This document shows positions 23,224 through 32,049 of a DNA stretch of 32,049 bases, in pieces. Position numbers and translations under genes: made by a program. The notes under the pieces were generated by a model. The model was not told the DNA's origin. It made no database searches and saw nothing but the letters and a program-made list of their open reading frames with translations. The stretch is from Octopus bimaculoides (lineage: Eukaryota). The DNA is taken from the NCBI RefSeq assembly GCF_001194135.2, contig NC_068990.1:8436329-8468377 (forward strand), read 5' to 3'. Position 1 is the stretch's first letter. Each line of letters opens with the position of its first letter.

Positions 23224-23776
23224 CACTGTTTATGAAGAGAATATCTCTCCGGAGAGAGCTTTCGCTGCGTAGATCTTTTAAATCTTTGAGTAAGCCCAAA
23301 TATGTTGAACATAATTTCCACAATTCAGTAAATGTTTTATTTCTTGTTTAAGTATAACAACACTAGTTCATAATGGGCTACGAAAAGCAGATTCGGTGTC
23401 TGGCTCTGATGAAGTGCAACAACGAAGAAACACTTGTCCGATGCTCTGAGGACACCATAAATAGCCCAGTAGTGTGTTTTTCATGCACATTCTTTATAAG
23501 GATAATTGCTCTTCAGAGAATATTTTTGCAGTGGAGGTCATTATACATATGAGTGTACGCGAATTTGTAAATTATAATTGCACACACACACACATACACA
23601 ACAACAACAACAACGACAAACAAACACACACACACACACACACACACACAACATTATCATCAACGACAACAGCAACAAACAAACAAACAAACACACACAA
23701 ATATATATGTTTGTGTGTGTGCCAAATACGATGACTTTGTACATGAGCAAAAACGGATTTATAAATAGCTTCGATG

Positions 23777-23929
23777 CTACGAAGATGTCTGGAGCGCACT
23801 GGAGTTTTCAGTCACGTGATTCGGAAGTATGGCATTAGTCGACTTAGCTACTACTGTGTCCTTCCCCGCTTCAAAGAAATGATCCCCAGAGACCTTGCAC
23901 AGATCCCGGTGCATTTCGAGAGGGCTCAT
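23777..23929 (-). pseudogene. Possible mariner transposase N-terminal (HTH) relic
   Basis: The minus frame reads MSPLEMHRDLCKVSGDHFFEAGKDTVV..., resembling the mariner pattern xSPxEIHxDxxxxxGD...FKxGRxSxED if an internal deletion is assumed. No TIR identified. Confidence 0.3.
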
Positions 23930-24323
23930 TTTTAGAAGACGATTACAAGACCTAGAGAAGTAAATCGTAGCTGGTTACATAATTTCCCCTATTCTGACCA
24001 TTATACGAGTGGACTTCCTAATAACTGCTGCTCATAAAGAAGAGCAAAGATTGAGAATAGAATGAGCCAGTCAACGACATTGAATAAGGAAATTCATAGA
24101 TGCTCTCACAATGCAGCCACAACGTAAAGGATGGCGAACGGGTGCTAACTTCACTTAAGTATACGGTAACATGAGTTACATTTTAGTTTTCACCTAAAAT
24201 CTCTCGGAACAAGGTAAACAGGAACGACATACCGACAAACAGGATCAAAATGCAAGCACAAATGGAGGTTATACTGTCCTTGCATTTGCACTCTGCCGAT
24301 AAAACACTTATAGGAAATTATTC

Positions 24324-24467
24324 GAAGAAGAAGAAGAAGAAGAAGAAGAAGAAGAAGAAGAAGAAGAAGAAGAAGAAGAAGAAGAAGAAGAAGAAGAAGA
24401 AGAAGAAGAAGAAGAAGAAGAAGAAGAAGAAGAAGAAGAAGAAGAAGAAGAAGAAGAAGAAGAAGAA
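24324..24467. repeat. (GAA)48 trinucleotide microsatellite
   Basis: Pure 144-nt tract; source of the poly-K and poly-S ORFs. Confidence 0.98.
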
Positions 24468-25164
24468 TAGAACGCTAGCGGCAAATGACTTTTACGCACC
24501 TACGATAGAAAGTAATTCAATTTATTTTAATTTTAAATTCGATAAAAAATAATCTATAAATTCAGGATCAGTTTATACTATGACTGCTACTCCATATCCA
24601 TAGAAAATATCACCAGATTTTACAGCTACATTAAATATACATACATGTGTGGGTGTGCGTGTGGGTGTGAGTGTGTTTCTGCGTGCGCGCACGCGGTTCA
24701 TGTGTGCGTATGTGTGCCTATGATCTTATTAAGAATTAAAGCAGAAGCTATCGTTTCAACTCCAGTTGTTCACCGTGCATATAACGATTTATTATTGATT
24801 GGCAGATATCATCACAGATCAACGAACAAGTTATTCGTTGAAATTGTAAAGAAGACCATTGGTTCTTGTTTAAAGTCATTGGTCTGAAGTCTTCTGGTTG
24901 ACACGGCGCACAATATTGAAACAACAGTATTCCAGAATTCTTTGTTGTAATGCATCGAAAGTGTTATCAGCACGTGGTCGTCGCAAAGGAGAGGTTGCTC
25001 ACCTGGCACGAACAGGGCAGCGGTCTGCATACTTGCGTTTGAATCTCCCAGAACGTATCAAGAAGGAATATGCAAGCTATCGTTTCGCATCCCTGTATAT
25101 TACACCCACACACATACAGACATATGTGCGTGCTCACACGTAAACGCACGTACATATAGATACG

Positions 25165-25209
<45 letters not shown>

Positions 25210-25219
25210 NNNNNNNNNN
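25210..25219. other. Assembly gap (10 N) inside (TA)n
   Basis: Directly visible. Confidence 1.
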
Positions 25220-25256
<37 letters not shown>

Positions 25257-25894
25257 GCAAGTATGTATAAATAGGTCTGTGTGTGTGTGTGTTTCGTATG
25301 TGTGTGTATGCATATATACGTATGTTTGTGTTTCCTAAGTATGTGTATGCATTTATTGCTTCTCTTAAACCAGCCTTGAACAACCTATTTTGTCAATAAA
25401 ACGTCCATTAAAAAATTACTGCTTGAACAGATGATATATCTTCTCACATGCTGTAAGTAGTTGAACAAAAGGTTTCACAGGCGCAGATAGCTCAGACACC
25501 ATTGTTTTCTTCCTACTCTGTCAAGAAATTCGACAAATATTTTCAATTATCATTTTATGAGAGACTCCAGTTCACTCATAATTACGTTCTTAATATTTCT
25601 GATGTAAATATATGAATGACCTCTGATAAAATAAATACATGAACATATTTACTTTATTATTATTGCAACAGTTTGGCTTTGTGTAAGTAGTTTGTTTCAG
25701 CTTCATAATGTTACATTTCAGAAATATGTAACAGCATAGGGTAAGATATGTGATTATTTTGCAAAGTTGATACTAAGGAATAACTAATATAAGTGTGTGT
25801 TTCTCTGTGTGTATTCATAATTAAAGATGGTACATAAATATACAAGTATATGTATGTGTGAATATATATACACACATATATATATATATATATA

Positions 25895-26278
25895 NNNNNN
25901 NNNNNNNNNNNNNNNNNNNNNNNNNNNNNNNNNNNNNNNNNNNNNNNNNNNNNNNNNNNNNNNNNNNNNNNNNNNNNNNNNNNNNNNNNNNNNNNNNNNN
26001 NNNNNNNNNNNNNNNNNNNNNNNNNNNNNNNNNNNNNNNNNNNNNNNNNNNNNNNNNNNNNNNNNNNNNNNNNNNNNNNNNNNNNNNNNNNNNNNNNNNN
26101 NNNNNNNNNNNNNNNNNNNNNNNNNNNNNNNNNNNNNNNNNNNNNNNNNNNNNNNNNNNNNNNNNNNNNNNNNNNNNNNNNNNNNNNNNNNNNNNNNNNN
26201 NNNNNNNNNNNNNNNNNNNNNNNNNNNNNNNNNNNNNNNNNNNNNNNNNNNNNNNNNNNNNNNNNNNNNNNNNNNNNN
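25895..26278. other. Assembly gap (N run)
   Basis: N run flanked by (TA)n on both sides. Confidence 1.
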
Positions 26279-26323
<45 letters not shown>

Positions 26324-26383
26324 TATACAGATGTATATGTATTCACATGCATCCATAAACGCACACACACATACACACACATG

Positions 26384-26459
<76 letters not shown>
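26384..26459. repeat. (GATA)n microsatellite
   Basis: Directly visible. Confidence 0.96.
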
Positions 26460-26562
26460 CTGAAATACGTGTGCAGTGTAGATACATATATTATACTTAG
26501 AGAGAGATGTGGAGAGAGGTAATTATACTGACTGAAGAATATATCATTAATATCATGATCAC

Positions 26563-26628
<66 letters not shown>

Positions 26629-26632
26629 TATC
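26563..26632. repeat. (GAT)n-(ATC)n perfect palindrome
   Basis: GAT repeats switch directly into ATC repeats at TGA|TCA (centre 26597/26598). The arms are perfect for 31 bp and extend to 35 bp with one mismatch. Confidence 0.93.
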
Positions 26633-26671
26633 ATCATCATCACTATCATCATCTTCATCATCACCATTATC

Positions 26672-26874
26672 AAGGCAGCGATCTCACACAATCGTTACCA
26701 CACCTGGCAAAATGCTTAACGGTATTTCGACCGTCACACAGTTCTCGGTTCAAACTCCGCCGAGGTCGACTTTGCTTTTTTCATTTCAGGGTCAATGAAA
26801 TAGGTAGCAGCTGAACACTGTTGTCTTACCCACTACACTCCAAATTGCTGGCCTTGTACCAAAATTTGAAATCA
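26672..26874 (+). mobile_element. SINE family A, degenerate near full-length copy
   Basis: aaggcagcgatctc...aaatgcttaacggtatttcg...gttctcggttcaaactccgccgaggtcgactttgc...ctggccttgtaccaaaatttgaaatc. Confidence 0.8.
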
Positions 26875-26960
26875 TAATTATCATTATTATTGTTGTTGTT
26901 GCCGTTGTTGTTGCCTGAAAAAGCAGCGCATGCTATTGAAATTGCACAGGGGTACAAATA

Positions 26961-27374
26961 TGCAAGGCCCAATGTACCCACAATGACTACCCATCTGATA
27001 AGTGTACACAAGCACATGCATCAAAGTCATATGTGTGTGATATGGTGACTTGATACCAAGATAAACAGCGCATGACCTTGCAGGTGCGACCCAGCTGAAA
27101 TTTTCCTCAGGGTCAGATGCCGATGCCACAGTAAAGGTCCCTGGATAAGGGTTGTTTAATAATGACGAATGAAAAACGCATGCTCCCTCACTACTTCTGC
27201 TCGAGAGCAGAGACGCAAATATCGTCAGAAGTCACTGAAGGACATGCTCAATTGGTTAAGGTCAAGCAACTCACAAGCAAATCTGTGGTGTTGAGCGGGA
27301 TTTTTTACTTTAGCCCATCTTTCACTCCAAGACAAAATATGTACATCTTAACAATTCCAATCAGTTAAAGATCA
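26961..27374 (+). mobile_element. Interspersed repeat, probably a further octopod SINE/LINE-tail family
   Basis: Blocks atgactacccatctgataag, caagataaacagcgcatgaccttgcaggtg, aaggtccctggataagggttgttt and ggttaaggtcaagcaactcacaagcaaatctgtgg match a repeat I recall from octopus DNA. There is no second copy in the window, so the call rests on memory. Confidence 0.45.
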
Positions 27375-27407
27375 CTGCTTGTGATTGGATCCTAACAGTT
27401 GCTAATC

Positions 27408-27486
<79 letters not shown>
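27408..27486. repeat. (CTA)n microsatellite (about 26 units)
   Basis: Directly visible. Confidence 0.97.
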
Positions 27487-27892
27487 GTACCCAAGTATTT
27501 AAAGTGTTGAGATTTACATACACGAAAAATTGTGCCACCACCACAAAATAATACCAGAACAGAAATAGTTTAAGTATATATCAGAAAACGGCTCGAAGAA
27601 TGGCAAAGCAAATATACTTCGGTATATTCGAACAGGAACTGATATCAAGACAAATCGGCCCCATATTGTCAAGAACACTAGGATCGAAAATACTCCCTAA
27701 TCGACGTATCAGCTTCAGAACATTTTCCTTCGAGAGAGAAGTCTAAAATGAGATTAGGACATTTCATTCTCAACTGTTGGTTAGACGTTAACGTATCTCA
27801 GTTTGTCCATCCTATTACCGGTTTTGTTTAGCATTCTGAAGGTACAACATATACGTACACAGGCGCAAACGGAAACATTTACACATATATTG

Positions 27893-27893
<1 letters not shown>

Positions 27894-27946
<53 letters not shown>
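27894..27946. repeat. (GATA)n microsatellite
   Basis: Directly visible. Confidence 0.96.
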
Positions 27947-28501
27947 CGACACCAATTTCTATAATTGCGACACTAATTTCTATTACTTCTATTATTGCAT
28001 ATTGAAAATATTTAACTTGTATAGTTTCATCACGTTAATCTGTATTGATTGGCTAACAAACCTGTCGTGTGTGTGCTTGGACATTAGCTGATTGTTGTGA
28101 TTGCTTGAGTGCTGTGCCGGAACTGGATCGAAGGTCCAGTCACGTTGCACGTAATATATTTCAAACCACTAATCTTGTCACCGTTCTGGAGCCTCCTTTC
28201 TTCCACAAATTTGTGTGACAAATTATTTACTAGTCAAAGGAGTGAGAGTTTTTCATCAATGCAAGTTATGCAGATTCTGCCATTCAGAGGAAAATTAATA
28301 TGAACAACAACCAACAAAATTTGTAATATTTCTTGCCTTGATCCACTGTACAACTTTACGAAGGAATACAGTCCCACCGTTATTTTAAAGATGGTTTCTT
28401 TTATTACCTCTATGAATGAACACGCATTATATATTATACAATGACGTACACGATTCTTTAGTTAAACCAAAGGAGACTTTAAACCAACGTAAAAGATAGA
28501 T

Positions 28502-28505
<4 letters not shown>

Positions 28506-28594
<89 letters not shown>

Positions 28595-28607
28595 GAGAGA
28601 GAGAGAG
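28506..28607. repeat. (GA)n microsatellite
   Basis: Directly visible, with one GG interruption. Confidence 0.97.
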
Positions 28608-29052
28608 CGATAGATAAGCAGTGTCTGCGTAGGTGTATACATGCACATAGATGTATGATGTAGAAAATTTATGTTTGTATTGAGAATGTGGAAGTACGCA
28701 TGCGGTAGCTCCTGTGAAAAACATACCATTGAAACTACTTGTTTGCGTCACAGATTCTATATTACTAAATAATTGACAATTGTTTAGATCGACCTACTTG
28801 TATTTTATGCAATTCGTTTTCGCTAATATGAGGCCCAGTTTCGTATACAGATGTCATTGAAATTTATTTCATTTGGAAATACCCAATTAACTCAAAGTAT
28901 AATACGGACTGTATTTCTTAATGCTAGGTGTATTTGGTTTATGTCGTGGGAATTTATTATCATTATAATATATCACCTGTTAACATAAAGAACTCCAGTT
29001 CAATGAACAGTTTTTGCGGATAAGTTAAATCAACTGATATTACAAACCAAAG

Positions 29053-29306
29053 CAGTGGTTCTCAACTATTTTTAATCTATTACTACTTTGTTCTAGTGGA
29101 CGCCATAGCCATTCATTGTTCAAAATCTAGTTTTATTGATACTTTTTTTCAAATTTCCTATTTTGTTTATTACGCTTTCACTTATAATAAATACATCTAA
29201 AGCAAATTTTGTCATGGACACATAAAATACTATTGTGACCCCAATTTACTATTTTGCTTGTATGGACTCTCGGAAATCTTATGTGGATCCCGGTTGGGAA
29301 CAACTG
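29053..29306. mobile_element. Non-autonomous hAT (Charlie-type) MITE, 254 bp
   Basis: TIRs CAGTGGTTCTCAAC / GTTGGGAACAACTG (12 of 14 complementary) are typical of hAT-Charlie ends. The 8-bp flanks AACCAAAG and AGCTAAAG match at 6 of 8, consistent with a decayed 8-bp TSD. Confidence 0.8.
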
Positions 29307-30878
29307 AGCTAAAGTGAGCATGTGTAACTTTATCTTTCTGTTAAAGTACAGCAGACAAATTCCATTAAAACCACAGAGTACCATTTTAAATAGAATAAGG
29401 ATACTTTAAAGAAATAGCCAGCCCTAAATGTATTTTGATCTTTATAGGATTCGTTCAGGCTGAAATTTCGGCCAATCAAGGATATTATTTAAACAATCAA
29501 TATCATCTTTCATTGCAAAACTGATAAAATCCATGCATGCTTGTTCGCGGGTTATTAATGTTATACTGTACTTTGTGGCCATAAAAAAATATCCCTATCA
29601 TGGTTTCTATTCTCTCTATTGAAATGTTTTCAGGTACGGTTGTATTATAAAACTCCGTTTTTTTAGCGAGCAGATTTTCACACGTAAATCCAATAGATTA
29701 ATTATGTGTCTTGGGCATACACATTTTTCGTGGAATCTTTCTTTTCCATTCTGAGAACAGGCTACGTTCTTGTTCCAGAACAACATACTCCGTTGACTTA
29801 ATATTTAGCTTTATTTACGTTGGATTCCTTATTAGCGATACAACACAGATAAAATAAAAACCCTGCTTTGGTTCAGAATTTCAATTGGTTCCAACCGTTT
29901 CGTTACAAGGTTTTATTGTCTGATATTTTGGATATTCAGCAGAACAGGCAATTGAGGTATTGATATTCTTAACTTATCATCAATGATCATAAAATGTCTA
30001 GTATTGATTTTATAACATTTCATCACGAAGACAATTGGTTCCAACAAAAAAGAAAAAAGAATATAGTTTCTTGAAATTTCTTCTTCCAAAAGCTATCTTG
30101 CGAATGCTACATCACGTTCAAATATTTGCAAGTTGTCTGCTTCGTATTATTTCATTATTTCATGGAATGAGAAGAGAATGCATTAGTTACAAAGCTGTCA
30201 GAAAAAGGGCAAGAACGGGAAGATTACAAAACGAAATCTCTAGACTTTCTATTAATATAATTGTTGCTGAAAATTATTTCCACACATATATGACGCGTGC
30301 ACAAGTGTATATTAGTTTGTGTATATATACGGGCATGTTTCAGTACTGTCACTAGCCCATTTTATTGAGGTATATGCTCCTCTAGCAACTGATACCTTTT
30401 CGATAGAAGTTTAAAGAGTTTAGGTTGTTTTAGACTGCAAAGCATTTGAAGTATGAATTCTGAAAAAGGAAAGAGCAAATCATATTCTAACGAGGAAGAA
30501 CTGCCCGTAACTTTTGCAGGGAAAATGTAAAATACCTGATGAGTTGTGATCCAGACTCGAAAGAATTTTTCAACCCAGTGACTCATCCAACTGAGATTGA
30601 ATGTTTTATGTACGTCAACAAAGTAGTTTTAATCGATCAGTGTTGATTAAAAGTGAATTCTGTTGACCCAAGTGGATGTTAGTTGCTTTATGGTATGTAA
30701 TGAGATAGAGTGAGACATAAACACTTATATATATATGTGAATGTTTTGCGACTTAACTTTTACTTGGACAGCGACCATGCTTGTGTACTGCTTTTAGATT
30801 TTAATGGAAACAAATTGACCTCAATACATATTTTTAACTCTGGTCCTTAATCAGCAAAGTTACGGCGACATCATAAAA

Positions 30879-30881
<3 letters not shown>

Positions 30882-30934
<53 letters not shown>
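30882..30934. repeat. (AC)n microsatellite
   Basis: Directly visible. Confidence 0.96.
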
Positions 30935-30943
<9 letters not shown>

Positions 30944-30987
30944 GTATATAGATAGATATGCATGTATGCATATATATTACTATTTAG

Positions 30988-31047
30988 GAGAAGCAACAGA
31001 ATGACTCAACGCACGAACTCTCGGCCCTTGAGTCACTCTGTTGCCTC
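30988..31047. repeat. 60-nt near-perfect hairpin / short inverted repeat
   Basis: GCAACAGAATGACTCAA (30993-31009) and TTGAGTCACTCTGTTGC (31028-31044) pair at 16 of 17 positions, and the loop and base can pair further. Confidence 0.85.
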
Positions 31048-31819
31048 GCATATATTAATAAAAAATGCACATTGAATCAACATGTATACACGTGAAAATA
31101 AAACACATGTGCATGTTCTAAATAATTTGAATACGTGCTTACTGCATTCATATGTGTAGAAATTTATATACGTGTATTCGTTCTTGCATTGTGTGGTAAA
31201 TAGCCAGTATGTAGACTACGATTTTTATCTCCGTTCAAATATTGTAGTTTTATCTTTTGTTACAAAATCTGTGTTTGAGTGTTACACAGTGCATCAGTAG
31301 AATGAAAAAATTGAAACAGTGTTTACATTAAGTTACAGCAGCTTACATACATTCCATTAACATAAAGTGTTCATTAATTACATTATGCAAATCATATAAT
31401 CATGATCTGTAGAAAAATGCCAAAGACATGTAAATTTTGTACGTAACCATGTAAGATTAAAAACACGACATAATTTTCCATTGCGAATAAGCGTAGTGGT
31501 TATGATAATATCCCATTATATTGATGTTACATGGAAGGAATTAACAAAGAATTGAACGGCAGGAGACACATCAGAGTTAAAATTTGACCAGAATGTCTGA
31601 CAATATGTGTGGTGATATTTAGATTAACCATTTTACGGTCTTAATTAAATATTTTACTTTGATGCTCGTAAAGCTTGAAGCTGCCATAAAATTGCCGACG
31701 GATATATATTAACTACACAAATGAGTCATAGATACATCTATCTTTGCAGACATAAAGATACACTAATAATTAAGGTGTGTATATATATATTCGAAACGCC
31801 TAGTTTAGAATAGAGGCAG

Positions 31820-31945
31820 CTGATGAAGGAAAAGTTCCATAAGTGGCTCGTCTGTTTTCCTTTGTTCGTTCTGTTGTCTGTAAAAAAGTCCGTTTTTGTG
31901 CTTTATGTTCCCGTTCCTTTTCTGACGTCCTGTACCCGGATATGC
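31820..31945 (+). mobile_element. Possible Penelope-like terminal-repeat relic with degenerate hammerhead motif
   Basis: CTGATGA-A-GGAA-aag-TTCC-ataag...GTC followed by a T-rich tail (ctgttttcctttg...gacgtcctgtacccggat). The layout matches the minimal type I hammerheads known from Penelope-like elements, but the GAAA core is altered. Confidence 0.35.
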
Positions 31946-32017
31946 ATCTATATATGCATTTAGATGTAGGTATGTACATATATGTATGTATACATGTATA
32001 TGCTCATATATCATTTG

Positions 32018-32049
<32 letters not shown>

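Noticed and set aside
27703-27737. Minus-strand hammerhead-like layout CTCTCGA-A-GGAA-aatg-TTCT-GAAG...GTC
   Set aside because: Three invariant core positions are changed; too degenerate to distinguish from chance.
30536-30571. CTGATGA...GAAA...TTC hammerhead-like order
   Set aside because: Stem II is out of register with the core, stem III is weak and stem I cannot form.
8-32014. ORFs of the six-frame track as protein-coding genes
   Set aside because: Most derive from microsatellites (HTHT, CVCV, YIYI, SIYL, poly-K/S/H/M), low-complexity tracts or N gaps. The rest are short, AT-rich and resemble no protein family I recognise, apart from the TE relics reported.

Overview
AT-rich eukaryotic non-coding DNA (intergenic or deep intronic) packed with microsatellites and decayed transposable elements. 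It has five N-gaps, all bordered by (TA)n, (CA)n or (TG)n tracts. The SINE families match repeats I recall from octopod cephalopod genomes, so Octopus is inferred, not checked. No protein-coding gene, rRNA, tRNA or CRISPR array can be supported: nearly all listed ORFs are microsatellite, low-complexity or N-gap artefacts. Best-supported features are two SINE families (9 copies or fragments), a 152-bp solo-LTR-like insertion with a perfect 5-bp target-site duplication nested in a SINE, a second LTR-like element, a Tc1/mariner 3' remnant, a hAT/Charlie-type MITE and a LINE relic. Unexplained structures include several inverted repeats and palindromes, a 128-bp diverged direct repeat pair, a pre-miRNA-sized hairpin and degenerate hammerhead-ribozyme-like motifs. 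I found no convincing new multi-gene system. The most interesting signals are RNA/DNA structures and nested mobile elements. All alignments were done by eye, and repeat-family names are from memory, not from a database search.
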